From Paragordius varius (lineage: Eukaryota; Animalia; Nematomorpha), in NCBI GenBank assembly GCA_964247055.1, contig OZ176053.1, positions 10,230,001 to 10,294,000 of the forward strand: 64,000 nucleotides of DNA. Direction: 5' to 3'. A program made the translations under genes and the position numbers. Below, one piece after another: positions 39,901 through 52,162 of the stretch; positions within the stretch are counted from its first letter, which is position 1, and every line of letters begins with the position of its first letter. The notes beneath the pieces were generated by a model that saw nothing but the letters and a program-made list of their open reading frames with translations, was not told where the DNA came from and did not search any database.

Positions 39901-42900
39901 GTAAAATTTGAATTATCAATTTTTTACATATATTAGTATCCGTAACAAATATTAATCCTAATTCATAAAAATTATAGTCAGAATGCATTCATAATTAAAT
40001 TATACCATTTACAATTCAAATTCACCCTAAAACAATTCAAATTCACCCTTGAACAATTCAAATTCACTTTCAAATAAACTATATGTTTTTTGAGATGAAA
40101 AATTTCCTATATATTTTTTATAATTTTAAAAAATAAATTTTGTTTTAAATTAAAATAATACTGATAAAATAATAAACTATGCCATAAAGATTTATTTCAT
40201 ATTAATAGTGAGTTATATTAGTTTGAAAACACATAATTTATTTTTAGGGTAAATTTGAATTGTTCAAGGGTGAATTTGAATTGTTCGAGGGTGAATTTGA
40301 ACTGTAAATGGTATATCAACTCAAACAAAAATTTAAGAAAGATAGTAAAAATAAAACATATAATAATTAATCTGTACTCGCATATGGACTGAAAATCTTG
40401 TGGATATTTGATTAAATTATATAACAAGTATCGAACAACAAGGGCAGTGCTAGCAATATCAGTCACTTTGCATTGAGCCAAAATGGTTCGCAAAACTTTA
40501 CGGATTTCATCATCAAAATCCTAAAATACAATTTTATAAATTTAATAGAAATTGTATATGCCTTTATCCATCGCAATTTTACAATAAATTCCATAATTAT
40601 ATATATACCATTTACAGTTAAAATTCACCCTTAAACAATTCAAATTCAACCTAAAAATAAATTATGTGATTTCGAACTAATATAACTCATTATTAATATA
40701 ATTTATGGCATAATTTATTATTTTTTAAGTATTATTTTAATTAAAAACAAAATTTTATTTTTGTAAAAATAGAGATAAATCTTAAAACATATAATTTATT
40801 TGAGGGTGAATTTGAATCAAGGGTGAATTCGAATAATTTAAGGGTGAAAATTCTAAATGGTATATAAAAAATAATCAAAAAATAATATTTGAATACAAAT
40901 ATTATTGCTAAGGTTATCGTAAACCATTTAAAAAATTAGATTTAATCTTACACTAGTCAACAAGGTTTTGCACCAACCCATTATTTTTGCATTTTCTGAT
41001 ACCTAATGGCATGGAAAGGCCAAAACAAAAAAGAAAATTGAGGCCACCAATAGGATTTTTCCAAAATTTAATTTTTAAATTTGTATTTAATTCAAAAATA
41101 ACAATCATTCCTCGTGAACATATGTTTAAATATTCAAACAAGCAAGTCGATACAAGTAATATTCCATGCAGGGATAACAAATTCTAGGCATTAAATAAGA
41201 TACTAAACAAGTTAAGAGCCAGAGTATTAAAAATCTAAAAGGGGCTAATTTATAGTGTGATAGATATGGGCGGCTGCACAAGCTCTGCATATCCCCCAAG
41301 CGATCCTATAATTATGCCAGATATGGCAATGATAACAATAAGTAATCGTAAAGTCCGATAAGAGAGACTTGCAAGCAAAATCCGGTCAAATTGACATGTC
41401 AAATTAACCAATTTACAGAATAAAGTTAGATAAATTCTACAATTAAATTGAATATAAATTAGGTAAATACAAATGGTCCAACCCCATAACAGTAAATTCT
41501 ACTAAAAGTGGCTACACAACATCCATCTGAAATTCAAAATACAAAACAACGAATAATCTTAAAAAAATAAGGTATATCCACTAGGTATAAATAAAGGATT
41601 TTTTATAAGAACCAACTTAAGAGAAAAAATCTAATAAGTACTTGAAAGAACGAAATCTAACAAAAAAATATACCCTATCTGAAAGCCGAAGGTTTAAACC
41701 ATAGAATACCTTTTTTAGTATTTTTTTAAAAAAATTTTATATGTGTTAAAAATTCACTTGAAAAAAAAGACTAAATTTTGACGTTTAAGTCCCTACTATT
41801 TTTTTGTTTCTGATATTTAAATGACATATTTATATTCAAAAGATAGAGTTTAAAACGCTTTATTAAATGATGTTAAGTTTATAATATAATAACATTTTAT
41901 TATAAAATTATATTTAATTTTCTCTCGATTTTCTCTTGTTTTTAAAAAATTAAAAAACTATAAAATTTCAAAATTCTGATTGGCGGGATCAAAATTTTTT
42001 TCAAATTCGGTTTTATAACACTGAAATTAGTCATAATTTAAAAAGTTTGAGTGGTGGTGCTTAAAAATGTCCAAATTTGTCGACTAGTGTTATCAACAGA
42101 CCTCCAAAGCACTTAAAATTATTTCAATTTGATCGGCTCGAAAAGTTATTTGGTTATCATCTCTATGACTGTGCTTCCCATCCTTTTCAACCGGAACATG
42201 CGACACAATGGTTTCTAAACATAAAATATTTATAGAATTTAGCGTTTACCCATAGATAGAATTATATTGTTCCTTTTAAAGATTTTGTTATATAAAGTTT
42301 CTTTTAACAAACCTTAAATGTCTTAAAAATGAGTGTAATTTAAGATTTGGATATAACTTTACAATATCTTAAAAATGGTATTGTTTTGGCAATTAAAAAG
42401 ATATATAAGTAAAATATAAATACAAAAAGAAATTATTGTAACAATAATCAAACGAATATAATTTAAGTTTAATGTTAGATATTATTTTAATATAAACGGA
42501 TAATTTGGGTTCGCAAATTCGAATTAATGGCATGAAAACATTAAAAAATATCTCTTAACTTACAATTACAGTTAGGCCAAAACCTTAATAAATGGTAAAA
42601 ACAATTAAAATATTTTTTAATAGTACAATACTAAGCAAATAGAGGATTTACATGGCTACAATTTTAATTATCTTAAATTTAATAATAATATATATATATA
42701 TATACCCAGTCCAATGATAGCTTTCAAACGTACGCTAGCTAATTCATCATTAAACATATCCACAAAAAATTCAACCACTTTGTGGGCAAATATTGAGGAT
42801 AAATGATGTCCATGCTCTATACTCATATATTTTATCAATAGAGTGATAAGTATTATTAAAGTCAGTTTCCTTTTTATACATAAAAAAATAGGTCCATTAA

Positions 42901-45579
42901 TAGCAAATATTCCAAATATATTGTCTTAAAAGGTTATTACAACAACATATCCATTAAAAAATGCAACGGCATATTCATTCAAATTTCGCTTAACGTTAAT
43001 TAATTCGTTCCCAACTTATGTGAATAAATTTCGGTAATACTGTAAAAAAAATAATTAAAAGCAATTTTAAATTTAATACAATCTTAGCTAATAACTTCGA
43101 ATCCTCAGAAGAGAATTCTTTTTCAAGCCCTGTAAATTATAACTTGTTGAATATAAATTTGTTTTAGTTTTTTATATGATATTAACATTAAAAAGTACAT
43201 ATTCATATTTTGCTATTCTATTGTTACTGTTATTGATTTAAGTCAAATAAATTACTTATGTTTACAATTATCCATAAAACAAAACATTTAAGACAAATTC
43301 TACATATACCAGTAGTTTGGAAAAGACGCAATGCCAATTTTGTCATAGATTGAATAGTTAATATCCGGACTTGAGAGTCCTCGTCCTCTAACCCATGAAC
43401 AAAAGCACCAGCCTCAGCGCTAATTACATTTTCATCGACTAAAATTATATTTGCATACATGTTATTATAGATAATAATAATTTTTATCGTATTAAAAAGC
43501 CAATTATCACAATTAATCATATGATATATTGACTCTGTTTAGAAGGTTGTGAAATGAAACGGTTGACTTATTTTTATAATTATAACTAGCCATCATCATC
43601 ATTATTACAAATGTTCAATATATTTTAAATTAGCCAAACTAAAGTTATTCGTGCAAACTGGTTGTTGCAATAGTATTCAAATATATCAATAAATATTTGC
43701 CGATTTCTATTAATTAAATTTTTAATTAGGTTTATTTGAATTCACTAACCGGTCAGACTCATGCCCTTATTTGAACTAAAAATATATTCCTTATACCTAT
43801 AACTGCCAAGGTGCCATTAATATAAAATCATTTATTATCCTATATATATTGTAAAAACAATTTTCTTTCCTATCCAATTAGCTTTAAAAAAGAAAATAGA
43901 TTTGTATACTTATGCGTTCCATAGGTCTATCATTAGCCCCAGTTCGTCCCTCCCCAGTTATGTGACCAAGGCGAGTGCGTTCGTGGAAATCGCGTTTTCT
44001 CCGCATGTTAGAAACCAAAATGCGTTTATCCAAAGTCTGTAAAAGTAATTCCGAATTAATTGGCCAAAGGACATTGTCGCTGTCACTTGGCTCGGCAAAA
44101 TTTTGACAATCATCTAAATTTTTGAATTCTGCGAAAAAATATGTTAAAATAGAAAATGTTATTTGCTTGAAAGTAGATCGAATTAAGGTGAAAATATATT
44201 TTTTGCATCATATGTTGATTATTATATATTCACTTATAGCAAAAACAAAGAAAAAACAATTAAGCGATTACATATTGGATAATCTATTTGTGTAATATTT
44301 GTTCGAAAAATAAAAATGTAATTCCAAGAGGTGTTTTATTAATTAAAAAGAATATTAAAAAAATACTTGAAAAAAATTCCGAAGAAATCAATGAATCTTG
44401 TTGATTGATATTAGATTCAGATAACAGTTTAACAGCTAAGGCTCTGATATCAGGCGAAATATCATTAATAACTAATTTACAAATCCGCATAAAGGCATCG
44501 TCCACATAATTATTATAAGGTAAAGGTAACTCTAAAAACTTTTGTTCGGGGACATATACGGTGTTGGAACCTAAAAATTAAACAATTATTTTAATTAGGA
44601 AAATTGAGATATTAACGCATTATAACAATGTAAATTATAAAAAAATCAAGCCAGAATGCGTATAAAATAAAATATGTTTTTTGACTTTTATTGGTATCGA
44701 AGAAAATTTCAATGAATTAACATAAAATGTGATGCCTTATATAGAGTGATATAGGTAGTTGATGAAAAAACCAGTAAATCAAGATTGTATACTCGAAAAA
44801 TTAAGCAATATCGCCCATAAATAAAAAAATTCCATCTTGGCATTAAAAGTCAATTACTTAGGTCAATGGTACTCGCCAAAAATAACGGCTGCAAAAATAA
44901 TTATATTGTCATAAGGGGGGAGCCTCATATAACAGCATAAGTGTAGATATATACAAATTATTTAATTTCATAAAAAACATTTGAGCCACTAGGAGCCCGT
45001 GAGCTGCGGTTAGTACCACTTATATATATTATTGATGAAAATTCTAAAAATTTAAAATTCCTAAAACTTACCATTTATTAGTGTCAACATTTCATTTTGT
45101 AAATGACTTTTGATCATAGCTACATCATAATATAAATAATGTTCCAATAGCCTAAATTTTACAAAAAGGTAAACTTTGTTTTTAACATTATGGCCATTTG
45201 ATATAATAGTATGAGAGATAATTTACGAATCTTTTCCCAATCGTCTTGTAAAAGAATACAGGCTAACGGATAATTAAGATCATGATCCAATTTAAATAGC
45301 TTAAAGTGAATTTCAATCTAAAATAACAAATAAAAATACCAGACAACTAATAGACGAAGTCCGTATCCTGGGCTCTTGACTTAGAGAGAAGTGTATAAGA
45401 ATTATTTGCAAAAGTCTCTTATGGTTATTATCAAAAAATGTGCTAGTAGTTTGATATGATTTAACAGTTCGATCAAATTGGTTAATGTACAAATATGTTT
45501 CATGATAATCAATTGAATTTAAATTGATTAAATTTATTCCCTCACGAATAAATTCAATCAGTATTTGGTTGATATCCAT
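36942..45579 (-). CDS. INTS4: Integrator complex subunit 4 (HEAT-repeat), multi-exon; some internal boundaries approximate
   Basis: Collinear INTS4 motifs: LLQDDWEKIR, VDDAFMRIC, LQTLDKRILVSNMRRKR, AGAFVHGLEDEDSQVR, FFVDMFNDELASVRL, ITFRADQIEIILSALE-DFDDEIR, NLIKYPQDFQSI, FDPTEPD..YIATLVLILNA, IKYPD..HPWT, C-terminal PIKILIHPKPIP then TAA at 36942-36944. The start ATG at 45579 is the only in-frame ATG in the first open frame. Confidence 0.92.
40001..40315. mobile_element. MITE family A copy (INTS4 intron)
   Basis: TATACCATTTACAATT...ACTGTAAATGGTATA with repeated 21-bp modules; explains the spurious FKFTLEQ tail of ORF 40218..40493. Confidence 0.9.
40604..40864. mobile_element. MITE family A copy, opposite orientation (INTS4 intron)
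   Basis: TATACCATTTACAG...TCTAAATGGTATA; the internal sequence is the reverse of the copy at 40001. Confidence 0.88.
45152..45174 (-). other. 23-nt GT-AG intron (INTS4 intron 2)
   Basis: gtttacctttttgtaaaatttag removes an in-frame TAA and opens the frame to a GTAAGT donor at 45071; this is a poorly conserved part of the protein. Confidence 0.65.
45318..45339 (-). other. 22-nt GT-AG intron (INTS4 intron 1)
   Basis: gtatttttatttgttattttag; removal gives SISCL-IEIHFKL..LACILLQDDWEKIR. Confidence 0.85.
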
Positions 45580-45626
45580 GCGGATAATGTGGAGTTTCAC
45601 CTTGCCATGTGTTGCGCAAAATTTAA
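45580..45626. promoter_or_regulatory. 47-nt spacer between divergent start codons of INTS4 and XRCC3 (putative bidirectional promoter)
   Basis: INTS4 ATG at 45579 (-) and XRCC3 ATG at 45627 (+). Promoter function is inferred from position only. Confidence 0.6.
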
Positions 45627-47680
45627 ATGCGTCTTTTAGATTTAAATCTTGATCCAAAAATAAAGATAAAGCTACTTGGAGGTAATATCCTATTACATCA
45701 AAGGCAAGTTAAAAAACAAAGAAACTGATGAAATTTTACTCTATTCTACAGAGCATTTAAAGAAATTGACTAAACTTTCCTACGGAGAATGCGTTGAAAT
45801 TCAAAAGGCCCTCGCAACGCTCTCTTATAAATGCCATAATTTTGTAAAGGGCATATACATCGGTATTGATTTAATCGATAAGGCATTGGGAGGCGGCATA
45901 CGTTTAAAAACTGTTACCGAGATATCAGGGTGTTCAGGAACCGGAAAAACCCAATTTTGTTTACAATTGGCGGCAAAATTTCTTTTACAAAATACGAATG
46001 CGAATAGTTGTAAATTATTTATATAAGATAGATGTTTTATATATTAATACCGAAAATGCATTCCCTATAAATCGATGCAAACAAATATTAACCGCTTGCC
46101 AAATGTCTGGCCGACGGATGAATAATATAACCGAGTGCCTTTTGCTAGATCACATAGGAGACATAGTTTTATATGTATTAACTATTTAGAAAAGTTTGTG
46201 GTTTTGTCTGAAAAAGAAGATAAATTTACTGATAAATTCGGGGAAAAATATCAGTTTGATAATTATCGATTCAATTGCTTCGCTATTTCGGGGTGCAAAA
46301 ACACCCCAACTTGAATTAGAAAATTGTAATAACAACAATAAAACTGAAACAAATTCAAATTTTCAAATTACGAATGATATTCGAGAAATCGGAAGATGTC
46401 TTTTAGAATTGGTACAAAATAACAATTTGGCCGTTGTATGTATTAATCAAGTATTATTTTTGTTTTTTATAGGAAAATACCAAATAATGTTGTATTTTTT
46501 ATATTATTGTATTAAAAGCATACAAAGGATTAGTTTCATGTGAAAAAAAGTTATTTTTAGAAAATTTTTTTTTACCTTATTTAGTATTAATTTTTTATAT
46601 TTAATTTATCTGAGAGTAAATCCATAAAAACAAGTTTTTTTGCACAATGAATTATGCAAAATCTCCACTCAATAAAATTTTTATTGATATAACTTTTAAC
46701 ATAAATTTGTTATAACTATATTCTTCACAGGGCAAAATTATTAAATTTACTAATTAAAAATAAAATTTATTTGTCTTTTGAGTACTTCAATTTATTAAAT
46801 TAGGCCGGATTCGGTCCCCAAAATTGGCAAATAAATTAGAACAGAAACCATTTCACCGATAGCACACCTAATATATCTATCATACTGTATATGTATTCAA
46901 AAAATTAAATCAAGTTTAACAGCTCTCGTAAACGATAACTTGCTAACTCTAAAATACTTTAAAAATTTTTTCTTAAACATCGTTTTGGTCAGATTACTTT
47001 AATGCATACTTTACTATATATTATTCTGTTTTAAACAACTTATCTATACCGAAAAGTTATTGTTTAGGTCATAAAATTCAAGTTTTAACACTTAATCGAG
47101 CAAATAGTAATTTTGTAAATTTCTCGGATGATATTAGTCTAATTCAAAATTATTTTAATTCGAATTAATTTTTTGTTATTTTAGAAATCATTTTATTCTC
47201 TTTGTTTTAAAATTAAATTTAAACGATGGTTTTCTCGATTTATCATATCTATCTTTTTTTAAATCCTATTCTAGATAACAGATTTTTTTCACAATTAATG
47301 CCTTTCATAACTAGATGTCAGATATGATTGAGATGAACAAAAACACACCAAACTATCAATACTACAATGGTATGGGTTATTTCAAAGTGCTACATAACAA
47401 TGCAAAGTCCCAAGAATGTATAATGTTTGAAAATGAGCATAAAATACCGTGTTTGGGGTTAACATGGGCCAATTTTGTGACTACCCGTTTATTAATAACT
47501 AAAAATCCTACGTACGAATCCAACGATAATTTAACCGAACAACAAATGAATGATGACACGCTTAAAATAAATTATATTGCAAATCCGCGGTTTTTGCATG
47601 TAATATCTAGCCCATATGCATCTTATTCTATTACAAAATTTTACATAACTCCAGATGGCATTCGTGAAAACTATGTGTGA
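45627..47680 (+). CDS. XRCC3: RAD51 paralog XRCC3, 5 exons (45627-45681, 45704-46009, 46032-46165, 46190-~46450, 47315-47680)
   Basis: MRLLDLNLDPKI N-terminus, Walker A GCSGTGKTQFCLQL, YINTENAFP, DHIGDIKSLWFCLKKKINLLI (XRCC3-type [21 protein letters not shown]), Walker B IIIDSIASLFR, VVCINQ, IPCLGLTWANFVTTRLLI, SSPY. Confidence 0.9.
45682..45703 (+). other. 22-nt GT-AG intron (XRCC3 intron 1)
   Basis: gtaatatcctattacatcaaag joins ATG 45627 (MRLLDLNLDPKIKIKLLG) to GKLKNKETDEILLYS. Confidence 0.85.
46010..46031 (+). other. 22-nt GT-AG intron (XRCC3 intron 2; alternative donor at 46007 gives 25 nt)
   Basis: gtaaattatttatataagatag; removal fixes the frameshift and gives VLYINTENAFP. Confidence 0.85.
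46166..46189 (+). other. 24-nt GT-AG intron (XRCC3 intron 3)
   Basis: gttttatatgtattaactatttag ends in an in-frame TAG; removal gives a gap-free match to the XRCC3 motif. Confidence 0.88.
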
Positions 47681-48195
47681 ATAAACCGAAACCAGATTTT
47701 TAAACTGAATTTTGATCTCATTTATAAACTTTATACGGGCAGAATAATAAAAATTGATATATATTTAGATGGCTGATTATAACTCTAATGTGTTATTAAT
47801 CCTTGGCTGGTATATTATCAAAGTTTTTAAATCATTTTATTCTATATATCCAACTCCTGGTTAGAGTAATATGATGATTCAACTTTTTTCTTATTTATAT
47901 CAATTTAGACAATGTTAAGGGATAATAGCAGTTTTTAGCAAAACTTTTTTTAATGGAGTTCTGAAAGCGATATTATGTTTTTATACCAATATATCCATAA
48001 CTATAAATTTATTACAATTTCACATTAAAGCATATAAATAATAATAATAATGATGATAAAAAATCGGACATACAAAATAAATTAGAATATAGAACTATTA
48101 TATAAAAAGCCTAAAGGAACATTGTGGTGTGTTGTAGTATAAAATGGTAAAATATTTTTGGGAGTATTTGAGGCCGAGTCCAGCTTTTTTTCATA

Positions 48196-51100
48196 TCATC
48201 TGCTATTTAATCCAATCAAACATGACAGTGCATTATTCTGGCAATAATTAATCTTACGTTTTCCATCAAAGGCTCTTCTTAAACGGGGGGAATCATCCAT
48301 ATCATAGTAATATAATTCACGTTTAAACCGTTCATTTTTGTTGTTGCCCTGTTTTTAGAGGAGTGTTTTAATCATGTAAAATTATATATTTTTTGTGTCT
48401 CGCAAAAAATTGACTAAATTATATATATACCATTTACAATTCAAATTAACCCATAAACAATTCAAATTCACCCTCAAATAAAATATATGTTTTTAGATTA
48501 AAAACCAATATTTTTATATATTTTTTAAAAAATAAAAATTTTGTTTTAAATTTAAAAATACTGAAAAAATAATAAATAAAGCCATAATGATATATTTCTC
48601 ATTAATAATGAGTTATATTAGTTCGAAAACACATATTTTATTTTTAGGGTGAATTTGAATTGTTCAAGGGTGAATTTGAATTGTTCAAGGGTGAATTTGA
48701 ATTGTTCAAGAATGAATTTGAGCTGTAAATGGTATAGATTAAACGAATCTTGGACTATAACAAATTAGAATGAATTAATACTTTATAAAAACAATATGAA
48801 AAAAACCTTAATGCATCAACAGTGAGATTTTCCAGATTTTAACCATATATTTTTTTATATGGATTAAAGTTCTTAAAATTTTATCAAATATTTAAGATTA
48901 TTATAGCGAAATACCCAAAATGACTCTAATAATTTACAAAAAAAAGTTTTTGGGGTTTTATTAATTTTTCAACTGTTAATTATATCAAAGTTTTAATTAT
49001 ATTTCCTGTAATTTTTAGTTTATTTTTTGCTATAACAATTTATAATCATCTATAAATTTATATTTTAGGATGTTTAGCATTATCTTATCATAAAAAAACA
49101 GCTTAAATATTAATAAGTTTTAAAGGAAAAAATTAATATTTGTTATACTTTTAACAATTTAGGATTTTAGTTTGAATTTTTTATACGGTTAATTTTATGA
49201 TTTTATAGGCACACATGAACCGTAAAATATTAACGGGGAACATTTACTTATAATCGATTTATTTTGTTTGGTTTTTTTTTGAAACCATTAGTTTCCATTT
49301 GCTATGTGATTGCATATTACCATGCATGACCTGACTTATAAACGGACAGCGTTATTATTTTTTGACCGGTTACAAACCCAACTCTTTTAACCAAAGTATA
49401 TCAGAGGTTTGAATTACATCGCCCACAGAGGCTATAAACTAATTAGCCCATACTAATCCTACTATACTTTTCTGAATAAAGCCCTCAATTTTAATTATGA
49501 TCATTTAAAGTTAAAACACCTATGAGCCAAAAATGTTAAAAAGTTTAACTTAAACATTTTAAGAAAATACCATTTTGTAATTTAACATATACATTCTTCA
49601 AAACTTAAGAGTATAGTTTCAGGCATTTATTTATGACTGGTGTGAAGGAGTTTTAATGATGGACTATGATCGCTTATTTTAAAAAAGCTCTCAAAAATTT
49701 ACGTAAAAAATTCTTAAAACTTCCATGAGATTCTTGTATTTTTTACATAACTGACTTTAATTAATATACCATTTACATCAATTCACCCTTGAACACTACC
49801 AATTGATCATTGAACCACCCTAAAATTAAACCATTTTTGTAGATACAAAATACGTAGATTTTTTGATATTTTTAAAAAATGAAACACTGTTAACAATAGA
49901 GAAAAAGATGATAAATAAAACAATGAAGAAATATTTCATTTGAATAAGTAGTTAAATTAGCCCAAAAACATAACTCATTTTCAGGGTGAATTTAAAATGT
50001 TCAAGGATAATATTGAAATGATCAAGGGTAAATTTGAGCTGTAAATAGTATACTTTTGATAAAACAAACCCAACCCTAACGCAAAAGCTACTAACTCCTT
50101 GCGGATGTTATAAATAATATTTAAAATTTATCCATAGATTAGCCATATGCGGAAATCTCCCCCCGTTAACAGAACTTATTAGATTTCTAATGTGAAAACA
50201 GATTTACAAAATAAAATTGACAAAAGCAAAGAGCATAAGCAAATTTCGATTATGCATTCATGAGGCTAATTTTTTTGCATTTTTGAATTTGCATAATTGT
50301 GGGATTCTACGAAATAAATTAACATAACACATCAAAAATGTTTCTTTGAAGGGATTAATTTATAACGTTTTAGTTTAGCTTCTTCATATTGGATAGTTTT
50401 AAAATTTTTGATCCATTAGATAACTATTAAAAATATTAATTCGTTAGAGTCATTTCACTGTAAAAGCTTTAAAATTATATTTAGGAATCGTCAAGTTAAT
50501 AAATGGGCAATTAAAATTATCAACACTAACTATAAAATTAAATATGTCAATATATGCCTGACACTAAATATTTTATATTGTCAAATATGAAATCTTGAGA
50601 AAATAACGCATCTTTCCTGAAAACTTAACTCATTATTACGCACTCAATTACTTGTTACAGCTTTTAGGATTTTAAATGTCCCGTTAAATAATGTAAAATT
50701 TACCATATTTTCGGGAAAAAATATATTTTTAATTAAAAGGTAGGTGGAGTAGAGGCTTATCTGGCATTTCTGGCGCCCGGTGGTTGAATCCGTGATGACG
50801 CCCATTTCCTTCTTCGTGCAACCGCTTGCATTTAAAAAATAATCGAATTCAAACCGCACTCATAAATGGGTGATTTTTTATTTATTCTTTAAAACAAAAC
50901 TTTTAAATACCTATTTTTTGATATAAAATTAAAAAATTCTAAAATCCAGCGCTTTCAACTATGGCGCCCGGTGCATCAGCCCCCTTTCCCCCCTTCCCCC
51001 TTAGCTTCGCCTCTGAAAAGAAAACAATTTTGCATATTATTTTATACTCCTGGACTAATGATTTTTTTATTTTATTTAAAAAAAGGCGTGTTAACAATAA

Positions 51101-52162
51101 AACTAATAATTTTATTTATGATAAGGGTTATTGAATGTGTTTGAGGATGAAATCATTTTCGCTTAATATTTAACAAAAACATGGGGCATGGAGTACTAAA
51201 ACTATCTATTTGGATAGCCATTATGCATAGGAATAGTCGTTAATCAAAAATGTTTTATAGCAATCAGTTTTCGTAGATTTAAAAAATATAAAATTTTTAG
51301 GACAATACAAAGGTAAAATTTTATAAAAAGACGTACAGTTTTCTAAATTTTTACCTTTGTATAGGATTATTACTTCTTAAGAAGATGGCAAGGGTTGTAT
51401 ATCCCTACTAACTCTCAGAAATGTGTAACACTTGATACCTTTAATAAATGTTCATTTTTACTTTTTATATTTTATTTTTTTTAAGACTCATTCATTCTGT
51501 TGCGACAGATATGGAAGTTAGGGTGAGTCGCAGTTGAAGACCTAGTCATCAGAAAAAAATCACATATGATTTTCTATCGCTTATAATAACAAGAATCGAT
51601 TTTTTAGTTGAAGTAATACTTTGATGAAAATGCAAAGGCGTCTTTTGGCTTTTAATTTCTAAAGAGTCGATTTATGAATAATTTACAGATATTGAAAATG
51701 TACATAACGGTCATGGGCCCTAGGGGAGAGCGACCCGAGTTAGAAAAATACACAAGGCTAAATATTTTATCAACTATTCATTGGTTTGACAAAAATTTAC
51801 GATTAAGCCATATTTTTATAGATAATTACCTAACATAAATTGATTTTTATTCTAGCAAATAATGGTTTATAAGAGAGCTCATGCATTTAAATAAGCATTA
51901 GTTACAGCTATTATTGTGCCACTAAATATTTTCAACAACTCATATTCTAAGATGAGTGTGCCTGTCGATTCAATTCACATATAATTTTGATATAAAAACT
52001 ATTACTTACAGCCAAATTCGGATATCTCCAACCTATTACATGATTCCCGATCAGAGCTCGGCTTTGAACCAATTGTCCTTGTTTGAAGAGGAATACGAAA
52101 TTAAGAACTAAAACAACTTTCATCATTTGTAAGAAAAATTTGGATAATAAGCTAAACTTCAT
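48196..52162 (-). CDS. Allatostatin-C/somatostatin-like neuropeptide precursor, ~101 aa, 2 coding exons (52010-52162, 48196-48348)
   Basis: Exon A MKFSLLSKFFLQMMKVVLVLNFVFLFKQGQLVQSRALIGNHVIGWRYPNLA ends at a phase-0 GTAAGT donor. Exon B follows a phase-0 CAG acceptor and reads GNNKNERFKRELYYYDMDDSPRLRRAFDGKRKINYCQNNALSCLIGLNSR*, with dibasic sites and a C-x6-C ring ending NALSC. An additional middle exon cannot be excluded. Confidence 0.75.
48426..48736. mobile_element. MITE family A copy (neuropeptide gene intron)
   Basis: TATACCATTTACAA...GCTGTAAATGGTATA; GGGTGAATTTGAATTGTTCAA three times at the right end. Confidence 0.9.
49765..50052. mobile_element. MITE family A-related copy
   Basis: TATACCATTTACA...CTGTAAATAGTATA with degenerate 21-bp modules and a different core. 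Confidence 0.8.
50750..51015. mobile_element. hAT-like MITE with GGCGCCCGGTG motifs
   Basis: TAGAGGCTTATCT...TTAGCTTCGCCTCTG imperfect TIR, GGCGCCCGGTG twice; no clear TSD. Confidence 0.5.

Noticed and set aside
45313-45657. INTS4 coding sequence overlapping the XRCC3 start (ORF from TTG at 45657)
   Set aside because: The extension upstream of ATG 45579 has no ATG or evident acceptor and is the antisense of the XRCC3 N-terminus and spacer.
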